From assembly GCA_020137815.1 (NCBI GenBank), contig CM035362.1, forward strand, positions 6,200,001 through 6,264,000: a stretch of DNA of 64,000 bases, given 5' to 3'. Made by a program: the position numbers and the translations under genes. Origin of the DNA: Hormiphora californensis (taxonomy: Eukaryota > Animalia > Ctenophora). Within the stretch, counting starts at the first letter, position 1, and every line of letters starts with the position of its first letter. The notes beneath the pieces are model-generated. The model worked only from the letters and a program-made list of their open reading frames with translations, did not search any database and was not told where the DNA came from. Positions 1 through 13,354 of the stretch are shown here, one piece after another.

Positions 1-705
1 ATTTAGAGGGAGTGTGACTAGTTTTCTGTTATAACGAGTAGTTTTAGAGGGAGTTTTCTGTTAACAAACTGGGAATATGAGACAAGATCAGGGCGTTGTT
101 GTTTGTTGTTGTTTTGATTTTGGTTGTCTCTCTCCCTTTGGCACAGTGGCACACAAACTCTCCTCACATGTTTGTAGCGCGCGCGGTCTCAGTAGGTATG
201 GTGTGTGCGCGACAGTGTCTACCGTGGGAAAAACGTGTTGAGTTGTCTGCATCAGTTATTATAGACAGTGTCTAGTAGACACAGCAGTGCAGTTTGCGAT
301 ATGAAGTGTTTTGAGTGTGTTTTATTGTATTACATGTTATCTAATTTATTCAAACGTTTTAAATACTTCTATTACTTTATTACTCCAGGGGTCGGGTTAT
401 GGAATGGTGTTGTGCTGTTGCATGAACAATACAAGAATGGTGGTGTAACAAAGATCAGAGACAAGGCCGGGTATACTAAGTGGAGCTCCACTTTCACTTT
501 TTGTAGTAGAATTCAATTTCTAATCCGATTCGAGAGATCCCTTAGCCTTGTATATTTGCAGTTGGTACGGTTTAACTATGAGATTCCAACCTTTCTATGT
601 ACATCTATGCATGAATAAAAACTTCCGTTGTTTTTAATTTGAATAAAATATTCCAAAAAGAGGGTTTCGTGTGGCTCTACGGTCTACCACCAAGTATCTG
701 TCTCG

Positions 706-1485
706 TGACACCGCCCCTCTCTCCTGACACCCCCACCCTACCCACCACAGGCCCACGCCCCTCTCTCCTGACACCCCCACCCTACCCACCACAGGCCCAC
801 GCCCCTCTCTCCTGACACCCCCACCCTACCCACCACAGGCCCACGCCCCTCTCTCCTGACACGCAAAACCCTTTCCCCCGAGCATCCCGGTAAATCGGGG
901 TCCGACTGTATGTAGAATTCAATTTCTAATCCGTTTTGAGAGATCCCTTGGCCTTTTATATTTGTAGTTGGTACGGTATAACTAGTTATATACAACTATA
1001 TACTATGTACTAGTAGAAAGGTTGGAATCTCATTATAACTATGAGATTCCAACCTATCTACATACTAGTAGAATACTACATCAGATCCATCTAAAATGAA
1101 TAAAATATTCCAAAAAGAGGGTTTCGTGTGGCTCTACGGTCTACCACCAAGTACAGTATCTGTCTCGTGACACCGCCCCTCTCTCCTGACCACCCCCACC
1201 CTACCCACCACAGGCCCACGCCCCTCTCTCCTGACACCCCCACCCTACCCACCACAGGCCCACGCCCCTCTCTCCTGACACCCCCACCCTACCCACCACA
1301 GGCCCACGCCCCTCTCTCCTGACACCCCCACCCTACCCACCACAGGCCCACGCCCCTCTCTCCTGACACCCCCACCCTACCCACCACAGGCCCACGCCCC
1401 TCTCTCCTGACACCCCCACCCTACCCACCACAGGCCCACGCCCCTCTCTCCTGACACCCCCACCCTACCCACCCCACCCCCTCTC
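706..1485. repeat. 44-bp C-rich minisatellite in two blocks (about 706-862 and 1168-1485) within a local segmental duplication
   Basis: Unit CCACGCCCCTCTCTCCTGACACCCCCACCCTACCCACCACAGGC; CTCCTGAC recurs at 721 and 765 (period 44). The flanking segment at about 504-720 is repeated at about 911-1190. Confidence 0.9.
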
Positions 1486-2489
1486 TCATGACCCCTCTTC
1501 CACCCACATATTCGGTATTTCGGCCGGTTCCATAATCTAGTATACAGCCGCATATGGTCCGGTGTGGCACGCAGTCTTTATACTCTCTCTCTCTGGTATA
1601 CAATTAGTTTCTACACACTACCAGCTACCTATAATAATACAATGGACCTCATGAAACACAGAGCCTCCCCCCTCAGCCCTCGTCCCTCTTCCCCCTCTCC
1701 TTCCCCCCTCTTCCCCCATGCTTCATACCATATTCGGAAGTCCACTGTCCAAGAAGCTATCATGGGGTGTGGTACGCAGTCTTTCTGGTACAATTGTAGT
1801 TTCTACAGCTCGATAAACCACTCGACTCTTGACTTGCCACTATGTGGCAACTTCACAATGTATTGCTACCCTGCTACAACATGAGATAGTGGGCACTAAG
1901 CTATAATAGCATGGATCGGCACATGCTGATCGCGACACACAGCTGGAGAGCTCAAATTTCAAGCCTACATTCAATGAGACTCGTATAGCCCAGTCCCTTC
2001 TCTTATACACCGACATATATTCGCAGCTCAGATTAGCTTAGTTAAGTAAAAATTGAACTATAAATTCAGCTTCATCAGTCCTAAAGTTAAAAGTTTCTAA
2101 AACCCATCGGCACATTTCCACGTCGCGTTACTTCCTGCTATAGTGTTCAATGTGGCTAGACTGGAGGACCCTAGTTGTATCAAAGCACCATCTAATTGTT
2201 GTCAGTATGATGCTGAATTGTAGTCACGTTCTGTGTGTTTCTGTGTGTCGTGTATTCAATGCGACTGCTTGAACCAACCTATTTGATTTTACCGCGGTCA
2301 GTAAGATGATTAGCCTTTGCATTACCTCTTGTTAACCGATCTGCAATTCCTCTGTCAGTGTCAGGCCAATGCTCTGACAGTCTGACAGTGTCATGACAGA
2401 CACCGCACTGACAGTACTTCACGTAGTATTTCCTGACTCAATCGATTTCTCTGCAGGATGATAATCACGTGAATCAAAGAGTTGCAGGA

Positions 2490-3337
2490 ATGATAGCGGG
2501 AAGACATAGGAAACACATCCTCTCTGTCCTTGTTTCCTTAGGTCTCCTGCTTTATCTCTTTGTGCCCCTTGACCCTCATCTCTTTGTGCCCCTTGACCCC
2601 CAAGACCAACAGTCGTTATCAGTCAATGAATTGTCAGACTCAACAGCAGCGGATAGAACTGGAGAAGAGATCAGGAAGTCGTATTTTGCAGTTGTTTTGG
2701 TCCTTGATCACATGTGAGTTTACACCAACATTATTACCCGGCCCATATACAGGGTGGTTCAGAAACATGGAGCCACTTGGAGATAAAAATTGGAAAAATA
2801 CAATCCTCTCTCTATTGTACGGATCCAAATTTCAACGTGTTAGGGCGCACACAGACTGTCCATGCGTGATCATGTCCATAAGTGGGCAAGACCCAATTAT
2901 ACCCAATTAGAACACTTTCCCGATCTCAGACAGATTGGAAATGTTGCTTACGTGATTCAGCATATCAAAATTAGTCGGGTACAGTGGTTTTCGCTTTTAT
3001 ATGAATAAGTTTCAGTTTTCAGTCCACTTATGGACATGATCACGCATGGGCGGAAAACAGCCGTACTGAACTGAACTCCAGTTCGACGGCTACTTACTGA
3101 GAAAAATACTGGAGTTCGCGCACCAGTACGGCTATTTACTGAACTGACCTCGAAACCATCGCGCGCTGGACGAGTTCTCTCAGTTCACAAATTTGAGAAC
3201 TGAGAGATCTGGTGTACTCGAGTACTCGAGTACTTACTGGAGTTCTTCCAGTTTTAACAGGTGATTGATAACAATGTTGCAAACGCGAGAGTGAGAGATA
3301 CTGAGATAGTAAGGGAGAAAGAGAGAGGGAGAGAGAG

Positions 3338-3381
<44 letters not shown>

Positions 3382-3787
3382 CGAGAGAGAGAGAGAGAGT
3401 CGCGACTCTCTCACTAGACTATATCTCTATATCTCACGAGATCTACCGATCTCTCTCCCGATCTCGCTCTCTCCGCTCTCTCTCTCTATACGAGCATTCT
3501 ATCTCCTCTCTCTCTCTAGATAGAGATATATAGACGATATATCTTCGAGCTCGTTCTTTCGAATAAAGAATGTGCTTGTTGATAAGGTGGTTGTACAAGA
3601 TATCGGGATTGTTAAAAAGATACAAGACGAGAGAGCGAGATCATAGATAAAAAGAGGGCGTGAGAGAAAGCGATAGGGGCGAGAGAGAGGGGAGAGAGAG
3701 AGAGGGATATATAAGATTAGATAGATATAGATCGAGATCTCTCTATATCTCTCTCTCGCTCTCTCGTCTTCTCACTTCATCTCTCCG

Positions 3788-3839
<52 letters not shown>

Positions 3840-5281
3840 GCTCTCTACGGTCTCGTCTTCTCTCGACATCTTCTCGTCGTGCTCTCTCGAGAGAGATCAC
3901 AACGTGTCTTGCGTGCTGCTAAGGTTTGGATGTTTGATTGTGGGAATTGTAAGATGGAGAAAACAGCGATTACACTCGAGTTTCGAGTACAGTACGGCTG
4001 TTCACTGAAAATAACTGAATCAGTTTTCCTTCAGTAAGTAGTCGGCGTACTGGAGTTCAGTTCAGTACGGCTGTTTTCCGCCATGGACAGTCTGTGCGCA
4101 CCCATACCCTGTCAGTTGACAGGCTGATAATTTTTAAGAAAGAGTGACTCTCTGTCGATCCCAATCCTCAGGGGATGCTTTTTCTAGTCAAGACACCGTT
4201 AAAATACGTTTTTAATTACACTGTACATTGGAGAGCGAACTGTATTGACACATTAGTTATCTCAAAGTGGCTCCATGTTTCTGAACCACCCTGTACGTAG
4301 TCCATACCAGCTACCCACGACCTTGCCTTGCTACGAACACAACATGTCATTATTATTCGCCACACGTGCTCAATTACACATCTCGCGGTTTCAATCTAAT
4401 GCAACTATATTATAATGACTAATTAATTAGTATATGTAATGGTATATACCCCAAATCCGATCTGAGCTGTAAAGGATAGCACAAGTCACAAGCCCTGTAC
4501 TATAGGTCCAACACTCCCTAATAATTTTCCCCATTTCAGGAGAGAAGCCAGGAAAAACGCCCGGAATTACTGGAACAACGAAACACTTTGGAACTCAGTC
4601 CTCCGACCTGAACACCGCATCAAGTTTATATACGTACTGGGCAGTGATGCAGCTGTCTCTCTTTTTGACAAGACTGAGGGCGAATCTGTTTACCAGGCCG
4701 ATTACCCCGAATCTCGTGACAACTTGAAATTCAAACTCTTCTCAGCATTCAAATGGGTCAACGAGACTTATGATTTTCAGTACATCATCAAAACTGATCT
4801 CGATGTGGTGATGAACTACACTTTATGGATAAATGCGATAGTTTCCCGGCCTGAACAACCAGTTCTCTACACGGGATTTAGTTGCTATAAACATAGAAAT
4901 GTCGAGTACCCCTGGTGCTCTGGGATGGGATATGTCCTCCATCACTCTGTTATCCCCACTATTTTATCATTCCCAGAGAGTGATTATGATATTGCGGAAG
5001 ATAGGACAGTAGGGAAAATATTATCAAAAGCGGGGCTGGAGTTTTCGGGCCTGTTTTTTGGGAGTTTTCCAAAATTGAAAGATCTAAACTGGCCCATTTC
5101 GTACGGCCGTATTCTCATGTATCACTGCGTGCATGCTGAAGCAGGATTTAGAGTTGTGTTGGAGCGAATTCCAGCCGTCCACTTCAATGGGAACACAAAC
5201 CATATGAAGGCGTGCTGGGAACACTATTTTTTGAATATTTCCCGTTTTGAAGATGAACGATTAGTACATCAACTGATCTGA
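2490..5281 (+). CDS. Glycosyltransferase family 31 (beta-1,3-galactosyltransferase/B3GNT-like) type II Golgi membrane protein; exons 2490-2713 and 4540-5281
   Basis: Exon 1 gives MIAGRHRKH plus a hydrophobic anchor (ILSVLVSLGLLLYLFV) and ends at a GTGAGT donor. The TTTCAG acceptor at 4539 joins in frame to REARKNARNYW...KFIYVLG...ESRDNLKFKLFSAFKW...YIIKTDLDVVMN (DxD)...YPWCSGMGYVL...AEDRTVG, which are the GT31 motifs in the expected order. Confidence 0.88.
2843..4103. mobile_element. MITE nested in the 2750-4293 element (middle layer)
   Basis: Left TIR GGGCGCACACAGACTGTCCATGCGTGATCATGTCCATAAGTGG. The right TIR is split: CCACTTATGGACATGATCACGCATG (3024-3048) and ATGGACAGTCTGTGCGCACCC (4083-4103). 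Confidence 0.75.
3049..4082. mobile_element. TIR element with 3-bp (ATG) target duplication, PIF/Harbinger-like, carrying degenerate (GA)n/(CT)n tracts (inner layer)
   Basis: ATG|GGCGGAAAACAGCCGTACTGAACTGAACTCCAGT ... ACTGGAGTTCAGTTCAGTACGGCTGTTTTCCGCC|ATG. Confidence 0.8.
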
Positions 5282-5966
5282 TCCAGCCTTGTTAACTAAC
5301 TACTATTGCATTGTAAACCCATTATTATTAATTAATTATTAATTTAATCACGGAAACTAATTCCCGTGATTCAGCGTATCAAAATTAGTCAGTTATACAT
5401 TAGTTTTCGCTTTGATATGAATTAGTTTCCTAAAATTTTCAGATTTTACTGTCTCTGCAGTTTGACTTTGATCAGATCTGATCAGTCTGTGCGATTTGAT
5501 CGAGATCTTGATCAAATTTGGTCATGATCAAGTTTGATCAGTCTGAAACGTATTGAAAATGGTATACAGCGTATACTATAAAGGTGTGAGTGATTGAAAT
5601 GATTGTCACATGTACGTGATACCATTATAGTACCATACACGATACCTGTTGCAGTGGTACAATTGTCGATTTAGCGATTTGCTAGACGATGTATCACCTA
5701 ACCTGAAACACTTTTTCAACTGTTCGTGGTATAAAAACGGGACGGCCGATCACAAGATTTCAAATACTAAGATGCTACTGTGGAAATCACCTGCAATCTA
5801 TAATGGTGATGGCCCCTTTGAAATGAACCTGTACTTGGTAATGGACTTTGTAATATCGCGATATTACAAAGTACCAAGTATCGCTTGGTCTGGGGGTGCG
5901 ATAATAATTAGCTTAATATCAGCAGCTGATATTATCAGCTGTCCTCATGAGGAATTCATTGGGTGC

Positions 5967-6361
5967 GGGTCACCACACACCAAAGTTAAAATTAAAATTA
6001 AAATGTGACGTTTTTGGTCGTAACTCTGCCATTTCTTGACAAAATTGCTTCATTTAGGGCTTGTTGGAAAGAGGGCATCGAGCCCGATCTAAACAGCCCA
6101 AGAAACTCGAAATCCGCACAAATTGCGCGGCGTTACAGTGCAAAATGCGCGCGTTAAAATTTTAGAGATTTTAACGCACACATTATGCGCCTTATCGCCG
6201 CACACTTTGCACCGATTTTCAGTTTCTCGAGCTCTACAGAACAAGCTCGATGCCCTCTTTCCAACAAGCCCTAAATGAAGCAATTTTGTCAAGAAATGAC
6301 AGAGTTATGACCAAAAACGTCAAATTTTAATTTTAATTTTAACTTTGGTGTGTGCTGACCC
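5967..6361. mobile_element. MITE with ~115-bp TIRs and 3-bp (TGC) target duplication
   Basis: TGC|GGGTCACCACACACCAAAGTTAAAATT ... AATTTTAACTTTGGTGTGTGCTGACCC|TGC; the arms extend to GGCATCGAGC / GCTCGATGCC. Confidence 0.85.
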
Positions 6362-6473
6362 TGCATTTATAGAATCTAGTACTGTGGGAATTACAGTATA
6401 TTGATGCATATTAACACTACATAATGAGCTGTTATAGTAGCTATAACAGTAGCTGTATATCGAATTGTATGTA

Positions 6474-8032
6474 CAAGGTGGCCCATAAATTATGATAGCG
6501 GGGGACGAGCCGTACCTCCGAAACGGTGATAGTTGTGTAAAAACAAACTACGGGAACATGCTGGAACAATTCCTGGACGACTTTTTGCAAATTATAAAAT
6601 TTTTATTCAAAAGTTCATTTTTCATTCATGAACTTTCTACACGTTCATTAATGAATTAAGGACTCTAATTTACCGAGAGTTAGGCATTTTGTTTGGGTTG
6701 AATTTATCTTTCCAATGAGCACCATAAAAATCAAATTGAAGCACCAGGTCACATGGCAGTTGAGAAAATGCACATTCATGATTTTGGCTCTTCCTGCGAC
6801 TTTCAATCGGCTGTATCACGGCTACCTTTTGTTCAATCGTTTTAAAAATTTGGGAGAACATCGGATAAGCAAAGATCTTTACTCACAAGAAAAATCAGGG
6901 TCAAAACTCAAAGTTCATTTTCAAGTGTTGGTAGTTCATTCCACTCATTCAGGAACCAACATCCCTAAAGTGATGAAAATTGATGGTTTTTGTTTGGCCC
7001 ATACCCTGCAATGATAGAGAGGTGTAAAATTACGTTTCCGGGCTAGTTAGTGGGTGTCCATGTGATCATGATGATATCTGACACCTTTTCTGAGCCATAT
7101 AATTAAGGGATTTTCTCAAATTCAAGCATGTGATTTGAGTTTTTGCGATTAGTATCGTGCAGCAATGTTGAGAGATCTCATAGCACCTCAAACATGATGA
7201 TTAGTTCAATGAAATGAGTTGATTTATTATTTAAAATTATCGTTAAGTTCATTTTTACGTCTGTTTTAATCTTTTCTATCATAAATCAACTCCTTTCATT
7301 GAACTAATCATCATTTTTGAGGTGCTATGAGATCTCTCAACATTGCTGCACGATACCAATCACAAAAACTCAAATCACATGCTTGAATTTGAGAAAATCC
7401 CATAATTATGGCTCAGAAAAGGTGTCAGATATCATCATGATCACATGGACACCCACTAACTAGCCCGGAAACGTAATTTTACACCTCTCTATCATTGCAG
7501 GGTATGGGCCAAACAAAAACCATCACTTTTCATCACTTTAGGGATGTTGGATCCTGAATGAGTGGAATGAACTACCAACACTTGAAAATGAACTTTGAGT
7601 TTTGACCCTGATTTTTCTTGCGAGTAAAGATCTTTGCTTATCCGATGTTCTCCCAAATTTTTAAAACGATTGAACAAAAGGTAGCCGTGATACAGCCGAT
7701 TGAAAGTTGCAGGAAGAGCCAAAATCATGAATGTGCATTTTCTCAACTGCCATGTGACCTGGTGCTTCAATTTGATTTTTATGGTGCTCATTGAAAAGAT
7801 AAATTCAACCCAAACAAAATGCCTAACTCTCGGTAAATTAGAGTCCTTAATTCATTAATGAACGTGTAGAAAGTTCATGAATGAAAAATGAACTTTTGAA
7901 TAAAAATTTCATAATTTGCAAAAAGTCGTCCAGGAATTGTTCCAGCATGTTCCCGTAGTTTGTTTTTGCACAACTATCACCGTTTCGGAGGTACGGCTCG
8001 TCCCCCGCTATCATAATTTATGGGCCACCTTG
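6474..8032. mobile_element. Foldback element with ~750-bp near-perfect inverted arms and TA target duplication (Tc1/mariner-like ends)
   Basis: TA|CAAGGTGGCCCATAAATTATG ... CATAATTTATGGGCCACCTTG|TA. Mirror ORFs 6715-7014(+) and 7492-7791(-) are almost identical; the spacer is about 50 bp near 7230-7280. Confidence 0.92.
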
Positions 8033-8913
8033 TATATTAGGCATGTGTCCGATATTGCAGCAATTCTCTTGAACTATCTTATTAGCATATCTTATTAGCA
8101 TATCTTATTAGCATAGTGCACTATTATAGTGTGGCAGTTATACGTGATATAACACTTGGCAGTTATATACTCCACCCTGTAACAGTACTAAAGAGACACT
8201 TTAATATATCAAATGTAGGCGCTCTCTGTTTGTCATATATATATATGGTCTATCGTCCAATAGAGCTCCTGATATGAGTGTCTCTCATACACGTGTTTCT
8301 ATTGTCAATCTATCATACTCTATTCTAATTAAATTGCAATTATAATTACTGTTTGTGGGGGAGGGCCGAGGGGTTCTTATTATGTCTTCATCGTTCCAGG
8401 CCCCAGGGAGAGGGGTTCCATAAACCATCAGTATCATGCTCTATGTATGTTTTATAGTTTATAGTTCAATGTCAGTTTCTCTCCCTCTCTAGCGTTATTT
8501 CCTATTTCTCAATTCTCGCTCCCTCCTAATATACAGGGTGTGATCTGCATGCCGCTCCCTCCTATTATATATCAATATGTACTTCAAAAGATAACTCAGC
8601 TGAGAGGGGGGAAAGAAGATGATGTGTCTTTTAGGATCGTTATTTCAAGTTTCGCAACTTTCGTTTGCTATATGTATGTAGGTAACCATGGTTACATGTA
8701 GAAAGATACATCATTTGCCATGTGTTGAGTGCCCAACAATCATCAGCTGTATTATATCAACTGTGTATTACAGGGCCCTGTTGATGCATCATGATGTTAA
8801 AACATTTTCATCTAGCTAGGCTTTATATGCAGATAGATATATAAATGATATCAACACCCTTTCTAACTGCATATATTTACTTGTGTCTTGTAGTATAGTG
8901 TGTATGTAAATAA

Positions 8914-9988
8914 TTATACCAAAACTAATTGAAATTAGTAGGCCGGAAAGGTTGCCCTATGATTTGAGCTACCTTTGCCACCATAACATTCACGGGGTAC
9001 AAACAGGGTATAACAGATGCTTCTTCTATCTTCAAAAGGGAATGTACTGGTGCCAAAGGTAGCTCAGATCATAGGGCAACCTTTCCGGCCTACTAATTTC
9101 AATTAGTTTTGGTATAATTTGCATCATTTTTGGGATTTTTTATCCATTTACATGTAGTAGAACAGGTACGGAGAGGATGGAATCGCGAAATTGTAAAATT
9201 TTCATTTTTGACGTAATTTTGACGTCATAAAATGACGTCACGACGTTATGACGTCATAGTGATGACGTAATATCATCGGGATTACCTAGATGAAAATACT
9301 GACCAAGTTTGAGATCGATTGGATGAGATTTGAGTCCGCTATGGCGAAAAAACCCATATCGTCATATCTATTTTTAAACAGTCATAACACTTTAGACGCG
9401 TTTTAAGACCCTTATACGTCTAGTTTTGAAAATTCGCAATATAGTTTCTGAAAGTTCAGACAATTCTCTTTCCATGTTATAGTCTTCGTTTTTCGATTAG
9501 AATCCATCTTCTGGGTGTAAATTGAGCTCAAAGAAGTTATGAAAAGTGACGATCTTAAGACATTCTGTAGGACGTTCCTGGGGATGACAGAAAACGTCAC
9601 CCCGCTAATAACACAATAATCCAGTAGATCTACAAGCTAGTGAAAAACGAGAAGTCTCTATCTCTTTCCGTTTGTTCAGAATCGTGTTCAAAAAAAGCGT
9701 CTCTCCTACGCGCGCGCGCCCCTCCGTTACACTGAATCTTCGGCAAATGGGACCTGTCTGTAACTTCAGTTCCAGATGAGATAGAGACTTGAAATTTTAA
9801 ACTTGAGTCAATGACCCCAAGCCGGGTATACATTCCAAATGTCAAGTCAAACGGATGAAAGGGGGCCACGCTATAGCCTTCTGAAGTCTTGGTTTTCAGC
9901 CAAAACACCCATAAAATGTATAACTGCGTTTCTGGCAGCGCTTTGGGGGGAGGGGGAATGGCAACCTTTGCGCTTGCCAGCGCAGTGA
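8914..9988 (-). mobile_element. Non-autonomous Helentron/DINE-1-like element, copy 1
   Basis: On the minus strand it starts A|TCACTGCGCTGGCAAGCGCAAAGGTTGCC and ends TTTTGGTATAA|T, with a terminal hairpin at 8914-9117. The internal block 9200-9560 is the reverse complement homolog of about 57200-57570. Confidence 0.75.
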
Positions 9989-10119
9989 TGATAGAATATG
10001 CATAATTGCAGCTTATAATTGACGTTCTTGAAATTACAAGTTAAACAGCTTATTATTCCATTTTTCTTTGACTCATGATCAACCCGTGGGTTATACAACT
10101 AAAATTACGCATGTGCCAT

Positions 10120-10657
10120 ATGACTCTCCCTCTCTCTCCCTAGTTAATGTAACAAACTCTCCCTCTCTCTCCCTAGTTAATGTAACAAACTCTCTCATAT
10201 GTAATATGCATGTGCTAGCCTAGCAAAACTTGCTTTTATGTTAATCACACGAATAGTACATACTATAGCTTATATAATGTAAGCCTTATAATATGCCTTG
10301 TATAAAACTAGAGCTAGAGTTTTTATGTTAACCACACGAATATAATAGTAGTCTTGTATAAAACTTGTTTGCCGCTGATATAGGATAGTAGTCTTGTATA
10401 AAACTTGTTTGCCGCTGATATAGGATAGTAGTCTTGTATAAAACTTGTTTGCCGCTGCTATAGGATAGTAGTCTTGTATAAAACTTATGACTCTCCCTCT
10501 CTCTCCCTAGTTAATGTAACAAACTCTCTGTATAAAACTTGTTTGCCGCTGCTCTCTCCCTATAGTTAATGTAACAAACTCTCTGTATAAAACTTGTGAC
10601 TCTCCCTCTCTCTCCCTAGTTAATGTAACAAACTCTCTGTATAAAACTTGTTTGCAG
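10120..10657. repeat. Composite tandem repeats immediately upstream of the GPCR start
   Basis: Units GACTCTCCCTCTCTCTCCCTAGTTAATGTAACAAACTCTC and TAGTAGTCTTGTATAAAACTTGTTTGCCGCTGATATAGGA recur; the last unit ends TTGTTTGCAG/TAG just before the ATG at 10662. Confidence 0.8.
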
Positions 10658-10661
10658 TAGG

Positions 10662-13313
10662 ATGAATGTAACGGAGGAACTTGTCCCACTTGATTTTGGG
10701 ATTGAGGCAGTCATTTCGGTATCCATTGTGCTGATAATGATCTTTGGAACTCCAATCAACCTCAATGTTATCATGTAAGTTCTAAGTTGTTTTCTAGGCA
10801 TGGTAGAACTAATTTTAGAATGAACATTCATGTTATAGCTGACCATGTGAACATGCTTTCAGAACACTGTTACGAAGTGTGAGAGGAAGAATAACAAGGA
10901 TACAACCTAAATCACGAGCACTTTACTTTAACTTAGGTGAGAAAATTACTAAACTATCTCGGTTAAAGTATAATTAATTGAACTAATTATAACTGATTTA
11001 ACTGATTAGTGATATTATGCACTACAATTGATTGAATTTCAGCGATATGCGATCTTCTAATGCAGTTGGTTGTGATGCCTTGGTCGATCTACTACATTTA
11101 TGTAACTATTAATTTGTTGTACTAATCTACTACATTTATGTAACTATATTAATTTGTTGTACTAATCTACTACATTTATGTAACTATTTTTTTGTTGTAC
11201 TAACCTACTACATTTATGTAACTATTAATTTGTTGTACTAATCTACTATGTACATTTATGTAACTATTAATTTGTTGTACAGTCGGACCCCGATTTAACG
11301 GCACCCTCGGGGGAAAGGGTTTTGTCCGTTAAATCGGGGTGTCCGTTAAATCGGGGTAGAGCATATTTGGCTCATAAAACCCTATTTTTGTCCAAAATGC
11401 TATACTAAAACACCTCTAAGTGGTAAATGCAATGTCCATGTATTGATTACATGATTATTTCTGATTAGAAAAAGAAAAAAAAATTCAAAAAAAGTTATAA
11501 TTTTTTTAATCAACCACGTCCGAATCGTTTATCGACTCAGTGCATCTTATCGCATGTCTTGCTGCTAATTAGACGGTTCGAAACGAACCGATACGTGATA
11601 CCATGCCGAATCGAGGCACTTTAAGCGGGGTGAGGAAGAATTAGAATTTCAAAATATCTTTTTCCCTGAAAATTCATGGGGAGCACCGATCAAAGCATTG
11701 ACAATCATTCTGTAAATTTTTGCAAAAAAAAGTTATGAAAAATTTTCAAAGGTATATCAACCACATCCGAATCGTGTTTCGAATCAGTGCATCTTATCGC
11801 ACGTCCTGTCGCTAATTAGACGGTTCGAAACGAACCGATACGTGATCACCATGGGGCAAGTTTAACAAGCGTCAAAATTGAGATTCGATGGGCGTCATGG
11901 GGATCACATATCTGTTCGTTTCGAACCGTCTAATTACTGGCAAGACATACAATAAGATGCACCGATTCGAAACACGATTCGGACGTGGTTAATACACCTT
12001 TGAAAAATTTTCAAGAATTTTCAAAAAAAATTTCAAAAAATTTTTGGGGGAAATTTATCCTGCCGTTAAATCGGGGTGCCGCTAAATCGGGGGCCGTTAA
12101 ATCGGGGTCCGACTGTACATACTAAGCTGGAAAAGAAACTTTTTTCATTTGTAGAACCACTTTTAAAACTGATCTGATGCATATTTCAGATTGGCAGGCC
12201 CCGAGAAGAATCTTCAATTGGTCATTACAGGTAATATGACTACAAAAACAACGGTAGTTTTTAAGGTCTATACACATATTTCATGATGTCCCACGAGGGG
12301 ACACCAATCATCAGTATACCTTAGTACCTTACTAGTTAGTAGTTACTGCTTACTATTATTAACAGTAGCACAAACATGAACAGTATTAAATTTTAATAAC
12401 TAATCAAAATACTGCACCCGCAGGTTGTTTTGCAGTGTCAGTGGATTCGTGTACCACGCCCTCATTAGGGTGATGAGCGTGACAGTATTCTTAATGAGTA
12501 TGGTATTAATAATAACAATTAACATGTTAAATTATCAAATTGTTTATTACATCAACATAACTAATAAACTAATTAATTATCCCTATAGGTTTGGATAGGC
12601 TACACGCGCTCTACTTTCCAGTTAGCTATACTAAAGATATTTACTCCAAAATCTTTATGGGTTGTGTTTTTCTGACCTGGTGCTTTGCTTTGGGTAATTA
12701 TATTATACCAGTTAATTAATAGTAATTACTAGTTAATTAATAGTTAATTACTAGTTATTATACATTATACAACTAATTGTTCGTTTAATTATGTCCACTC
12801 TTCAACTAAAAAGTTTATACTAATAACTAAAACTACATATATCTGCAGTAACGCAAGCGATTCCGTTCTTCTTTGGTATACCTTATAAGGAACAGGATTC
12901 CAGGGAGTTAACGTGTGGATGGAGTATACCTGAGGTAATATTAACTAATTAACTAATTGATTGTTTAGTTAATTAACTAATTGATTAACTAATTAACTAA
13001 TTGATAATTTGTTTAGTTAATTAACTAATTGATTAACTAATTAACTAATTGATAATTTGTTTATTTAATTAACTAATTGATTGTTTAGTTAATTAACTAA
13101 TTGATAATTTGTTTAGTTAATTAATTAATTGATTGTTTAGTTAATTAACAAATTGATAATTGAGTAATGAACTGGATGCAAGTTGTAATTAAGAACTTTC
13201 TTCAGTTACTAAAGATTGAAGAAAAGATGTACGAAGAACATACTCTATTAATCTTCGTAAACTATTTTGTTTTGGTGAGTCTCCATCTATTTCTATACAT
13301 ATAACGTTATCTA

Positions 13314-13354
<41 letters not shown>

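Larger units (their letters stand above)
2750..4293. mobile_element. Tc1/mariner-type non-autonomous TIR element (TA target duplication), outer layer of a nested stack
   Basis: TA|CAGGGTGGTTCAGAAACATGGAGCCACTT at the left end and AAGTGGCTCCATGTTTCTGAACCACCCTG|TA at the right end. Confidence 0.85.

Noticed and set aside
3136-4037. Ser-Leu / Arg-Glu repeat ORFs (also 24013-24429, 26061-26822, 58983-59606)
   Set aside because: They are translations of (GA)n/(CT)n microsatellites.
6715-7791. Pair of near-identical 99-aa ORFs on opposite strands
   Set aside because: They result from the foldback symmetry and show no transposase or other motif.
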